From Alphaproteobacteria bacterium (GTDB lineage: Bacteria > Pseudomonadota > Alphaproteobacteria > UBA6615): 64,000 bases of DNA. The position numbers and the translations under genes are program-made. Positions 20,355 to 30,244 of the stretch are shown piece after piece (positions within the stretch are counted from its first letter, which is position 1; the number at the start of each line of letters is the position of its first letter). The stretch covers positions 64,001 to 128,000 of the forward strand of contig CBDHEC010000008.1 in NCBI GenBank assembly GCA_965261975.1, written 5' to 3'. The notes under the pieces are model-generated. The model was not told the DNA's origin. It was given only the letters and a program-made list of their open reading frames with translations, and did no database searches.

Positions 20355-21671
20355 TCAATTCGCCTGCGGCACGGCCTCGGCCAGGCGCGGCGCCACGCGT
20401 GAAACATATCGATCGTAGCCCGGCGTGCCGGCCAACAGCATGCCGATGGGCATATCGCCCGCACCCAGCCCGGACGGCATCGAAACGACCGGCCCGCCAA
20501 GCGCGGTCCAGGGCGCGATGAACCGCCTGTCCCCGGTCCATTCAAGCCCTTCCGGCGCCGTCGCCGGTGCCGCCGGCCAGAGCACCAGGTCGGTCGGTTT
20601 GATTGCCCCCATAAACGTCACACGCATGGCGTCGATCTGGCGACGTTCGGCCTGATAGACCTCGTCGTCGATCTCATTGCCGTCGATGACCGACTGCCGC
20701 AAGGCCGCCCCGACCTGACCCTCGGGAAACCCCAGCAAGCCGGCATGCAGGCGCGCCAGTTCATAGACGGTCGTATGTCCCTGCAGTTCGTTGAGGTCCT
20801 CGAGTGAAATCGGCGATGTCATCTCGACAACATCATGGCCCGCATCGCGCAACCGGGCCGCCACATCGTCACGCGCCGCCATGACCTCGTCGCTTGCCTC
20901 GGACAGAAACGGATCGTTCAACACGACCACCCGCACTTCATCCTCGAGACCCGCGTCCGGCCGGCCATGGGGCGGGCGGACGGCGTCATACATGTAGCAG
21001 GCATCTGCGACCGACCAGCCATACAGGCCCGGCGTATCGTAGAACGGCGCCAGCGGCGCGATACCGTATGTGGCCATGCTGCGGGTCGACGGTTTGAAGG
21101 CGGCAATCCCGCAATAGGCCGCTGGCCGGTTTACCGATGCGACCGTCTGGGTGCCGATTGCCGCGGGCACCATGCCGGCGCCGACAGCTGCGCCCGAGCC
21201 ACTGCTCGAGCCGCCGGGGGTATGCCCGATATTGTGCGGATTCCGCGCCGGTGACGGATCGTAGTAAGCAAACTCGGTGGTGTGGGTCTTGCCCAGAATG
21301 ATAGCTCCGGCCGCGCGCAACGCGGCCACGATCTCGGCATCGGCGGAAGCCGGCTGCACATCGGCGCGGGTTCGACTGTTGCATCGGGTCGGCCATCCGG
21401 CGACGTCGCAAATGTCCTTGATGGCCACCGGAACACCGTGCAGCGGCCCCCGCAACATGCCGTCATTGGCTTCCCGATTCATTTCCGCGGCGGTGGCCAG
21501 CGCCCCCGAGGAATCCACGGAAACCCAGGCCTTCACATCTTCATCGACATCCGCGATCCGGTCGAGACAGGCCTGCACCGCATCCGTGGGCGTATAGCTG
21601 CCCGCTCGGATATCTGCGGCAATATCGACAACCCGCCCGGGTGATGCCGCGAAGGAGACCTGTTTTGCCAT
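20355..21671 (-). CDS. Amidase signature family enzyme
   Basis: [30 protein letters not shown] and [12 protein letters not shown] motifs. Confidence 0.9.
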   Translation of the reverse strand: MAKQVSFAASPGRVVDIAADIRAGSYTPTDAVQACLDRIADVDEDVKAWVSVDSSGALATAAEMNREANDGMLRGPLHGVPVAIKDICDVAGWPTRCNSRTRADVQPASADAEIVAALRAAGAIILGKTHTTEFAYYDPSPARNPHNIGHTPGGSSSGSGAAVGAGMVPAAIGTQTVASVNRPAAYCGIAAFKPSTRSMATYGIAPLAPFYDTPGLYGWSVADACYMYDAVRPPHGRPDAGLEDEVRVVVLNDPFLSEASDEVMAARDDVAARLRDAGHDVVEMTSPISLEDLNELQGHTTVYELARLHAGLLGFPEGQVGAALRQSVIDGNEIDDEVYQAERRQIDAMRVTFMGAIKPTDLVLWPAAPATAPEGLEWTGDRRFIAPWTALGGPVVSMPSGLGAGDMPIGMLLAGTPGYDRYVSRVAPRLAEAVPQAN

Positions 21672-21807
21672 GATGGGATACCTTTCAATTCAAACTGCGT
21701 ATCAAGGCTAGCATATCCAAGTCCGGACAGGCAGAATCGCCCTCGGATCATCGTATGCGCAGGTGATGCGCGCACGGCAATGCCCCGGCTGACGTTAGAG
21801 TTTCGAA

Positions 21808-22125
21808 ATGTCGAGAAAAGCGTTCGTTTTGGTCACACTCGGACTGATCATTCTGGCGGCGTGCACGCACCGCCGTGAATGGAGCACACATGATGTTGCG
21901 ATCACATCGGACCCGCCCGGTGCGCGATGCACCTTCGAGCGTGACGGCCTGACCACCCGTCCCAACAAAATTACGCCGTTCGACATCACGCTGACGAATG
22001 TTCCATCCGACATCATCATCCGCTGTTCGCTATATGGCTATCGCCCGGCCGAGACCAGGATTTCCACCCGCTTTCGCGGCACCATCAATTTTGGCTTCGC
22101 GCCGGACCCGACAATTCAGCGCTAA
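21808..22125 (+). CDS. Small hypothetical lipoprotein (PEGA-like), possibly truncated
   Basis: Lipobox ILAAC, then ITSDPPGARC, TP and C...GY pattern. Confidence 0.55.
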   Translation: MSRKAFVLVTLGLIILAACTHRREWSTHDVAITSDPPGARCTFERDGLTTRPNKITPFDITLTNVPSDIIIRCSLYGYRPAETRISTRFRGTINFGFAPDPTIQR

Positions 22126-22138
22126 CGCAGGCGCGCCA

Positions 22139-23398
22139 CTAGACCGCGAGCGAACCTTCCGGCCCACCAGTGGGATCGAAATGCGGGATCGCCGCGATCA
22201 GAGCCTTCGTATAATCATTGCGGGGTCGGATCAGGACATCCGATGCGGTTCCCGATTCCACAATCCGCCCCTTGTTCATCACGATCACCCGATCGCAAAG
22301 CAGTCGCACGACGTTCAAGTCGTGACTGACAAACAAATAGGTCATGCCCAACTGTTGACGCAGGCGTGCAAGCAACTTCAAAACCACAGCCTGGACTGAC
22401 ACATCCAGCGCCGAGGTGGGTTCATCCAGAACGAGGAGTTTTGGTCGCAGAGCGATCGCCCGGGCAATTCCCACACGCGCCTTTTGGCCGCCCGACAACT
22501 GGTGCGGAAAGCGGGTCAGCAGATGATCGGGCATTCCGACCATCTCGGCCAGTTGCCGTACTTCCAGCTCGATATAGTCGCCGATGGTGATCGAGCGGTC
22601 GAGCAGGATGATGATGCCCGACACGAAGTTGGAGGCGATCTGTTGCAATCCGAAACCAAGGCCGACACCGAGCGCACCGCCAAACACCGCCAGCGCCGTC
22701 AGGTCGATCCCGACGATGTTCAGCAGCAGCAGGAGCATCAACACGTAGACGCCAATTTCGAACAGCTTGGCGATCACCTCGCGGGTGCTGATATCGAGCC
22801 CCGTGCGGTTGCGGATCACCCGCTGGCCGGTGGAGTTGGAAACCCGGCCGAACCAGAACAGCAGAATGCCGAACAGGAATGTTCGCAGAACGGCGAGCAA
22901 CGTGACTTCGATGTTGCCGATCGCGAAGGACACGCTGTCCAGATGACCGGTGACATCGTCCAGCAGCCCAACGATGAAGAGCAGCGCGATCGGCACGCCG
23001 ATCCAGCGCAGAATGAAGATGATGGTCGTACTGGAGATGAAGTGATTGGCCAGGCTGAAGGCCAGGAGAATGAATGCGATGCCTTGGGCGGCGCGTACCA
23101 GCCAGGCCTCGCCGATCATCGATGCGGCAACCGGCGTGACGACGCCGAGGAGCAGTGCCGTGAGAACCGGCAGCACAAGGTCGCCGGCATTGTGGAGCGC
23201 CATCCGCATGTCCAGCAGCGCGCCGGACGTTGGTTCTTCGCGGAAAATCCTGACCCGCGCCTTGATGCCCAGGGTCAGCGCCCATGCCGCCAGGAGCGCC
23301 ACGATCACAAACCCGATCTGGGAATAGAATGTCGGGGACGCGAATTGAACGAGAATGCTTTCCCAAGCCGTGTTCAACTGTTCGATCAATCGATCCAT
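22139..23398 (-). pseudogene. In-frame chimera: MscS N-terminal part fused to the C-terminal half of a DppF/OppF-type ABC ATPase
   Basis: MscS GALGVGLGFGLQ...IGDYIELE is joined at 22561/22562 to VRQLAEMVG...PHQLSGGQ...LDEPTSALD...SHDL. No Walker A motif. Confidence 0.85.
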
Positions 23399-23480
23399 CG
23401 CAAAATTTCTCCAACGGGGCGCTGATCACACGATAGGCGCCTCAACCCCTGCCCACAATCGGATGGGCGCGGACTTTGGT

Positions 23481-24668
23481 TTACCTGTCTTGTGCGAATA
23501 GCACCCCGCGCATGTAGAGATCATCGACCGCCGCGGAATCCATCTCGAGCAACTCTCCCAAAACCTCGCGCGCCGAACCGCCGAACGGGGCGACCCAGCT
23601 GCGGGCACCCACAGCCGCATCGTCCATCGCAAAGGGCGGATTCGGAACCTGGAAACTTCCCGCCCCGTCGGACACAGTCGCGAATGCTTCGCGGTGCGCC
23701 AGCTGGGGGTCGTCGAACAGTTCTTCCACCTCGCGGTAACGCGCGCAGGGCACCTTGCCCGCCATCAGGATGCGCTCGCATTCGGCCGCCGTGCGGGTCG
23801 ACGTCCAACCCTCGACCAGTGCCATGAGATCGGCATAGTTCCGGTTGCGATCGGGATGAGTCAAAAATCTCGGATCCTCGATCCACTCCGGCGCACCCAT
23901 CGCGCGCGCCATGCTTTCGAAGGTGATCTGCCCGCCGGGCGCGACCATCACGAAGCCGTCGCTGGCTCGCACGGGCCGATAATAACCGCGCGGCGTGTCG
24001 AGCGGATTCTGCGCCAGCTGGATTTCATAGACGAGCAGCCAGATGACACTTTCCATCAGCGAGACGTCGATATATCGACCCGCTCCGGTGCGTTCGCGCG
24101 CAAACAGAGCCGCGTTGATCGCCCCGAAGGCCTGCACCGCCGCCATCACATCTGCCAGGAACACCCCGACGAACCCGGGACGGGTCATTTCGGGCTGCTG
24201 CTCCAGTGTGGCCATCTCGTAACCGGAGGCCGCCTGGACGACGGGCGCGTAGGCCGGGTTCTGGGCATCCGGGCCGGTCTGGCCGAAGCCCGAAATCGAG
24301 CAGTAAACAACGTCCGGCCGAACCTCCCGGATCGCCGCATGATCGAGCCCCAACCGGGCCATGACGCCGGGCCGCGCATTCTCGACGACCACGTCGCAAT
24401 GACGCGCGAGATCGAGCGCGATACGGTGCCCTTCGGGTGATTTCAAATCTATTGCCAGGCTGTGCTTGCCGCAATTGAGGTGGCCATAGACCGCGCTCTC
24501 ACCGTCGCGGATCGGGGCCGCACGGCGATTCTGCTCACCGGAGGGCGCTTCGACCTTGATGATCTCCGCACCCAAATCGGCGAGTTGGCGCGTGCAATAA
24601 GGCCCCGCCATCATGGTCGTAAAATCCAGCACCCGGATGCCGTCGAGCAATCCCGTCATGGACACCAT
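23481..24668 (-). CDS. Family III CoA-transferase (CaiB/BaiF)
   Basis: LDGIRVLDF, AGPYC...LADLGAEIIKVE, VENARPG and SISGFGQTGP motifs. Confidence 0.95.
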   Translation of the reverse strand: MVSMTGLLDGIRVLDFTTMMAGPYCTRQLADLGAEIIKVEAPSGEQNRRAAPIRDGESAVYGHLNCGKHSLAIDLKSPEGHRIALDLARHCDVVVENARPGVMARLGLDHAAIREVRPDVVYCSISGFGQTGPDAQNPAYAPVVQAASGYEMATLEQQPEMTRPGFVGVFLADVMAAVQAFGAINAALFARERTGAGRYIDVSLMESVIWLLVYEIQLAQNPLDTPRGYYRPVRASDGFVMVAPGGQITFESMARAMGAPEWIEDPRFLTHPDRNRNYADLMALVEGWTSTRTAAECERILMAGKVPCARYREVEELFDDPQLAHREAFATVSDGAGSFQVPNPPFAMDDAAVGARSWVAPFGGSAREVLGELLEMDSAAVDDLYMRGVLFAQDR

Positions 24669-24691
24669 AAACTCCCGCGCTTCCGCGACAT

Positions 24692-25849
24692 CTACTTGAG
24701 AATATCCCGCGCGATCAGCATGCGCTGGATCTGGTTGGTGCCCTCGAAAATCTGGGTCACCTTGGCATCGCGCATCATGCGCTCCACCGGAAATTCTTTC
24801 ATATAGCCGTAGCCACCCAGAATCTGGACGGCGTCTGTGGTGACCTTCATCGCCGCGTCGCTCGCCAGCGTCTTCACCATCGCCGACAGACCGCCATAGC
24901 CGTCCATCTCTCCCCGGTCGTAACGCGCCGTCACCTCATAGAGCAGCGCGCGCGCCGCCTCGATCTGCATCGCCATATCCGCCATCATGAATTGCAGGCC
25001 CTGAAACTCGGAGATCGGCTTGCCGAACTGCTCGCGTCCCTTCGCGAAGGCCACCGCCTGATCCAGCGCGCCCTGGGCGATCCCCAGTGCCGACGCCGAC
25101 ATGGCGGGACGGTTAAACTCCATGCATTTCATGGCGATCGCGAACCCCTCGCCGTCGCCGCCCACCATGGCGTCGCCAGGCACGCGGACATCCTCGAAGA
25201 AGAAATCGCAGTTCGGGGTGGCGCCGTTGTAGCCCATCTTCTTGTTCTTCGGGCCACGCGTGACCCCGTCCAATGACGTGTCGACAATAAACGCAGACAC
25301 GCCCTTGGCGCGCGGCGCGTCGTTGGTCCGGGCGAGCACCAGCACATAATCGGCCACCGGTCCGCAGGTCACGAAAATCTTGTTGCCCGTGATCAGCCAG
25401 TCGTCGCCGTCACGCACCGCGCGGGTTCGCAGCGCGGCCGCATCCGACCCCGCCTCGGGCTCGGACAGGGCGAAGGCGACGAGAGTGCGCCCTTTCGCGA
25501 GGAGGGGAAAATACTTCTGCTTCTGCGCGTCCGTACCTCCGAACAACAACGGCAGCGCCATGCCATTGCCGTTCTCACCAACCATCACGGACAGGGACAG
25601 GGAGTATTTCGCCAGCTCCTCACGCGCGATGCAGAGCTTGGTGAGCGAACCCTCGGGCCCACCAAACTCCGCCGGTACGCTCCATTGCAGCAGGCCCAAA
25701 TCGCCGAACTTGGGGATCACCTCGTCGGGGAAGCGGTCCTCATGGTCGATCTCGTCGGCGATCGGCGCGACCTCGCGCTCGGCAAACCGTCGGATCTGAT
25801 CCTGGAAGATCCTGTCTTCCTCGCTGAAGTGGATCGGGGTGAAGCCCAT
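24692..25849 (-). CDS. Acyl-CoA dehydrogenase
   Basis: ALSEPEAGSD, GNKIFVT, REQFGKPI, GGYGY and IFEGTNQIQR motifs. Confidence 0.95.
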   Translation of the reverse strand: MGFTPIHFSEEDRIFQDQIRRFAEREVAPIADEIDHEDRFPDEVIPKFGDLGLLQWSVPAEFGGPEGSLTKLCIAREELAKYSLSLSVMVGENGNGMALPLLFGGTDAQKQKYFPLLAKGRTLVAFALSEPEAGSDAAALRTRAVRDGDDWLITGNKIFVTCGPVADYVLVLARTNDAPRAKGVSAFIVDTSLDGVTRGPKNKKMGYNGATPNCDFFFEDVRVPGDAMVGGDGEGFAIAMKCMEFNRPAMSASALGIAQGALDQAVAFAKGREQFGKPISEFQGLQFMMADMAMQIEAARALLYEVTARYDRGEMDGYGGLSAMVKTLASDAAMKVTTDAVQILGGYGYMKEFPVERMMRDAKVTQIFEGTNQIQRMLIARDILK

Positions 25850-26004
25850 ATTCTTGTTTCCGTTTCAGGCGTGACGGCCCGGCCCCCAAAAGATTGCGCG
25901 GCTCCATCGCGACCATTGGAAAATTGGGCCAAGCAGTCGATTCGCCCCGACAGAAATATGCACAGGACTTTGCGCTCCCCCCAAACGCACAATAAGGTTT
26001 CGCC

Positions 26005-26826
26005 ATGGCCCGCCACCTGACCACGGATCAAGTCGAACGCTATCAACGTGACGGGTATCTGTTCCCGCTGCCGGCGATATCGCCGGCTGATGCACAGCGG
26101 TACCGCATCAGCCTCGAAGCCATGCAAGAGAGCCACCCGGACCTGATGCACGGTGTCGAGGCACAGAAGCTTCACCTGGTGACAACCTGGATGGCCGACA
26201 TCGTGCGGACTCCCGATATTCTCGACGCGGTCGAGAGCCTGATCGGGCCCGACCTGTTGTGTTGGACGTCGACCCTGTTCGTGAAGCCGCCAGACGGAAA
26301 ATCCTTCGTTTCCTGGCATCAGGACGGAAACTACTGGGGACTCGAGAACCCCGAGATCGTCTCGGCATGGCTTGCGCTAAGCCCGGCCACCGTGAAGAGC
26401 GGCTGCATGCGTATGATCCCCGGCTCCCACCAATGGGACGCGACGGCCCATCACGAGACCTTCGACGACGACAATCTGCTGTCGCGCGGACAGGTGATGC
26501 AGCGTGACATCAACGAATCAGACGCCGTCGACCTGGCCCTGAAAACGGGCGAGATTTCGCTGCACCATGTGAATGTCGCGCACGCATCCAACCCCAACCG
26601 GTCGAACGACAGCCGCATCGGGATCGCGATCCGTTACGTGTCGCCAAACGTGCGCCAACAGTTGATCGAAAAAGACAGCGCAACCCTCGTGCGCGGCGCG
26701 GACCGGGTGGGCAACTTCGAGCATGAAGAACCGCCCGCCCATGATTTCGAACCTACCGCGATGCGGCGGCTGGCGCAGGTCGTTGCCCGGCGCAACGCCG
26801 CTGTTTATCAAGACACACCCGAGTAG
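26005..26826 (+). CDS. Phytanoyl-CoA dioxygenase (PhyH) family Fe(II)/2OG oxygenase
   Basis: WHQD...H facial triad, IPGSH and SNPNRS..R motifs. Confidence 0.9.
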   Translation: MARHLTTDQVERYQRDGYLFPLPAISPADAQRYRISLEAMQESHPDLMHGVEAQKLHLVTTWMADIVRTPDILDAVESLIGPDLLCWTSTLFVKPPDGKSFVSWHQDGNYWGLENPEIVSAWLALSPATVKSGCMRMIPGSHQWDATAHHETFDDDNLLSRGQVMQRDINESDAVDLALKTGEISLHHVNVAHASNPNRSNDSRIGIAIRYVSPNVRQQLIEKDSATLVRGADRVGNFEHEEPPAHDFEPTAMRRLAQVVARRNAAVYQDTPE

Positions 26827-26840
26827 CATCCGAGATTTCC

Positions 26841-27683
26841 ATGTCCCCTGCCCACACCATAAACGCTCACGGCGCCGCCATTCCGGCGGTCGGCTATGGC
26901 ACCATGCTCTTCCCCGAACCCGAACGCGCGGTCGAGCTCATTCTCCATGCACTCAGTTGCGGCTACCGTCACATCGATACGGCACGCAAGTACGGCACGG
27001 AGCAATGGGTCGGTGAGGCCATCCGCGCCTCCGATGTGCCGCGCGACGAGATTTGGGTCACCACGAAAGTCACGGAAGAGAATGCGAAGGCAGACGATTT
27101 TGCGCGCTCGGTCGAGACCAGTCTTGAGACAACGGGCCTCGACCATGTCGACCTTTTGTTGATCCACTGGCCACAGCCGAATGTGCCGCTGGCCGAGACA
27201 CTCGGCGCGCTCGCCAAAGCCAAACGCGACGGCCTGGCGCGGCATATTGGGGTTTCGAACTTCACGATAGCATTGCTTGAAGAGGCCGCGGCCAAATGCC
27301 CGGAACCCCTGGTGACCAATCAGATCGAGTATCACTGCTACATCAATCAGGAGCGACTGATCACGGCGTGCCGCAACCACGGCCTGCTCGTCACATGCCA
27401 CGCCCCTCTGGCACGCGGCGCCATGCTCGACGACCCCGTCATCGTCGAGATCGCGGCGACCCACGGCAAGACCCCGGCCCAGATTGCGTTACGCTGGACG
27501 GTGCAGCAGCCGGGGATCGGTGTGGTCCCGCGGGCCCTCGAATTTTCCGAGATCGAGGAAAACATCGCGATCTTCGACTTCACACTGAGCGACGTGGAAA
27601 TGGACCGCATCGGGCAACTCAAGGAACGAAATCTGCGGGTCATCGACCCCGAGATACGCCGGCCCGTCTGGGACGAAATCTAG
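26841..27683 (+). CDS. Aldo/keto reductase (DkgB-like)
   Basis: GYRHIDTA..Y, TTKV, DLLLIHWP, IGVSNF and NQIEYH motifs. Confidence 0.93.
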   Translation: MSPAHTINAHGAAIPAVGYGTMLFPEPERAVELILHALSCGYRHIDTARKYGTEQWVGEAIRASDVPRDEIWVTTKVTEENAKADDFARSVETSLETTGLDHVDLLLIHWPQPNVPLAETLGALAKAKRDGLARHIGVSNFTIALLEEAAAKCPEPLVTNQIEYHCYINQERLITACRNHGLLVTCHAPLARGAMLDDPVIVEIAATHGKTPAQIALRWTVQQPGIGVVPRALEFSEIEENIAIFDFTLSDVEMDRIGQLKERNLRVIDPEIRRPVWDEI

Positions 27684-27795
27684 TCGCACGCCCGTGGAAA
27701 GGGATAGGCGCATACCGCGGTTCTTCTCTAAGCTTGTTCCGAAGTCATGTGATCCCCGTCGGTGTCACAGCAAACAATTGCCCCAGGGAGTGCAC

Positions 27796-28146
27796 ATGAA
27801 ATTACGAACCAGAGTAATCGTGTCGGCGGTCGGCCTCGTGGCTGCATTCACGCTGTTCACGATCGCAACACCGGGACCGCAAACAGCGACGGCACAGAGC
27901 GCCGAACGAAATACCAACGCAGTCGCGATCATCGATTGCCGACGGACGGAGTCCTCCGGCCCAAAGATGGAACTCACGGCCTGGTCCGGCAGCAAGAATG
28001 TGGCACCGATCGTGCGGGGCACCGGCTGCGCCACGGCCATGCATCAACTGCTGGAGCGCGGTTTCGACCTCCGCACCAGCGATTCCGCGACGAACCCCGA
28101 GCGGTCCGCGAACTTCGTCACCCGATACGTCTTCATAAGGCCCTAA
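27796..28146 (+). CDS. Small secreted hypothetical protein
   Basis: GGAG RBS, a signal peptide ending ATA-Q, and two Cys in the mature part. Confidence 0.55.
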   Translation: MKLRTRVIVSAVGLVAAFTLFTIATPGPQTATAQSAERNTNAVAIIDCRRTESSGPKMELTAWSGSKNVAPIVRGTGCATAMHQLLERGFDLRTSDSATNPERSANFVTRYVFIRP

Positions 28147-28180
28147 GCGGTCTGCGTAACGGGCCGAGCCGGACAGATGT

Positions 28181-28501
28181 CTAGCTCAGCTCGACCGGTT
28201 CGCCATGGGGCGTCGAAAGATAGGCCTGCGTCCACGCCGCGCGCAGTTCATTCAGACTGTCCTGATCCGCATGGTCGTGCTCGATGAGGAAGGTCTCGAG
28301 CGCCCGAAGCCAGACGTCGTAATAATCCGACCCGTCCGTCGGGCCGCTGGCATCGAGCGCCTGCCTGAGCGCGCGCCCGAAGTGGGCCGCCCAGTCGGGC
28401 CAGGTAAACGTACCGGCCGCTGCCAGCGCATGGGTCAACCCGAAGATCTGCGCCTGCCATGGCTCGGCAAAGGGCCGCGTCGGCTCAGGCGGCCGGGACA
28501 A
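28181..28501 (-). CDS. Nitrile hydratase accessory/activator protein (P14K-like)
   Basis: FAEPWQAQ.F, FTW..W, YY..WL.ALE and TPHG.P motifs. Third gene of the NHase operon. Confidence 0.9.
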   Translation of the reverse strand: MSRPPEPTRPFAEPWQAQIFGLTHALAAAGTFTWPDWAAHFGRALRQALDASGPTDGSDYYDVWLRALETFLIEHDHADQDSLNELRAAWTQAYLSTPHGEPVELS

Positions 28502-29150
28502 GATAACTTTCCCAAAGATCCGCCGTCACGCTGTGCCCGGGCTCCGCATCGTCGCCCCACATTTCGCGCCCGTCGAAGCGCACCGCATAGAGATGCTGAG
28601 GCGCTTCGCCGTCCATCGTATAGCTGGCATCGGGGAAAACATGGGCCCCGTGGTGCAGAACGATCTCGCCGACCCGGTCACGCAGATAGCGCGGCAACCG
28701 GGTGTGACCCGAATGCATGTGCCGGGCCGTGCGAACCCGGTCACCGGGACGAAAGCCCGGCGCCGCCTCGATCTCGCGGCTCGAGGGACGGCCCTTGGGC
28801 AGGAACGACAGCAGGCCCGCCGCATCCACGGGCGGGGTCATCCGCTCCGCATCCGTGTCGGGGCGGCCGTTGCGAACTTCGTCGCGGGTGATCAAACCCT
28901 TCTCGATGGCAATGTTCACAAGGCCGGAAGCCCATTTCTCGTAATAGCTCATCGTCAGATAGTCGCCCGGCGGCAGCCGCTCGAGCGAATGCCGGTTGGC
29001 GTCGATGTTCCACCGCCCCCAAAAGCCCATGAGGACTCGCGTTCCCAGAATCCGGCCCTCCCAGGTGTCATGGAAGACGGGCTCATCCGTCTCCACGGGA
29101 ACGGAACCGAACCCCTCCACGCCGCCGAGATCGTGGACGCTGTCCATCAA
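28485..29150 (-). CDS. nthB: Nitrile hydratase beta subunit
   Basis: [30 protein letters not shown] and DLWESYL motifs. Confidence 0.95.
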   Translation of the reverse strand: MMDSVHDLGGVEGFGSVPVETDEPVFHDTWEGRILGTRVLMGFWGRWNIDANRHSLERLPPGDYLTMSYYEKWASGLVNIAIEKGLITRDEVRNGRPDTDAERMTPPVDAAGLLSFLPKGRPSSREIEAAPGFRPGDRVRTARHMHSGHTRLPRYLRDRVGEIVLHHGAHVFPDASYTMDGEAPQHLYAVRFDGREMWGDDAEPGHSVTADLWESYLVPAA

Positions 29151-29788
29151 ACGGCTCCCGGGTTTAACGCCAGCCCGGTCCCGATCATGGAATCGCGCGT
29201 GACCAGGCCGGCCAGGCCGGTCTCGTCCAACCCGTCAGACCCGTCCGGGCGCTGCGGGACAACGAGGTAGCGGATTTCAGCAGTCGAATCCCAAACGCGT
29301 ATCTCCACATCGTCGGCGAGCTCAAGGCCGAACTCCGCAATGATCGCGCGCGGCTCGCGCACCACGCGGGCGCGATATTCGGGCGACTTGTACCAGACCG
29401 GCGGCAACCCCAGGACCGGCCACGGGTAGCAGGAGCACAATGTGCAGACGACCACATTGTGCACGTGATCCGTATTCTCGACCGCCACCATGTGCTCGCC
29501 CTGCATGCCCGAAAAGCCGAGCTCGGCGATCGCCGCCGTCGCATCGTCGAGAAGGCGTGCGCGATAGTCCGAGTCGGTCCAGACGCGGGCGATGACCTGC
29601 GCCCCGTTCTGCGGGCCAATGTCATTGGAGAAGGTGTCGACCAGCGCATCCACGGCGGCCGGGTCTACCAGTCCCTTGTCGACCAGCAATGTCTCGAGCG
29701 CCTTGGCGCGTAACGCCGGATCCGACGGCAACAACGAATGCGCATGTTCGTGCTCATGCGCGTGATCATGATCTGCTTTCTTCGCCAT
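29147..29788 (-). CDS. nthA: Nitrile hydratase alpha subunit, cobalt type
   Basis: [10 protein letters not shown] metal-binding motif (Thr indicates the Co type). His-rich N-terminus. Confidence 0.97.
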   Translation of the reverse strand: MAKKADHDHAHEHEHAHSLLPSDPALRAKALETLLVDKGLVDPAAVDALVDTFSNDIGPQNGAQVIARVWTDSDYRARLLDDATAAIAELGFSGMQGEHMVAVENTDHVHNVVVCTLCSCYPWPVLGLPPVWYKSPEYRARVVREPRAIIAEFGLELADDVEIRVWDSTAEIRYLVVPQRPDGSDGLDETGLAGLVTRDSMIGTGLALNPGAV

Positions 29789-29931
29789 ATCGCCCGCAAT
29801 CCGCACCTAAATAGTGATCCTCACCACTATTCAACATAATCGCGCCGAATTCAAAACGCCGCCACGCGGAGCCGGATTGCGCCACGAGCAGACACAGACT
29901 TGGGGGCAAAACTCAGATGATTTGAAATCCT

Positions 29932-30008
29932 TGGCGCGCCCGGGAAGATTCGAACTCCCAACCTCCTGATCCGTAGTCAGACGCTCTATCCAGTTGAGCT
30001 ACGGGCGC
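29932..30008 (-). tRNA. tRNA-Arg (anticodon ACG), CCA encoded
   Basis: The reverse complement GCGCCCGTAGCTCAACTGGATAGAGCGTCTGACTACGGATCAGGAGGTTGGGAGTTCGAATCTTCCCGGGCGCGCCA folds as a 77-nt cloverleaf. Confidence 0.97.
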
Positions 30009-30026
30009 TTTGGCCAAGGCGCGCGG

Positions 30027-30055
30027 AAGCTAATCAAATGCCTCGCCGATTGCAA
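30027..30055 (-). promoter_or_regulatory. sigma70-type promoter of the tRNA
   Basis: TTGCAA-N17-TAGCTT followed by a GC-rich discriminator. Confidence 0.6.
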
Positions 30056-30244
30056 GTATCTGAAGACCGGTATCCCTGTCTGCGAAATGTCGCGAAAATC
30101 CGGTCCAAAAGCCGCTTGCCCGGTCCAATGCCAATCGGTAACATCCGGCGCAACCATTTGGCTAATCAGCAATTTTTGTGCGTTCGCCGCTTCTGCGGCA
30201 TTATTTGGGGGACGCGCAGGGGCATTTGAGGGACAAGGGAGCGG

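Noticed and set aside
29800-30008. Active prophage or ICE integrated at tRNA-Arg
   Set aside because: No integrase, phage or conjugation genes, and no att duplication was spotted.
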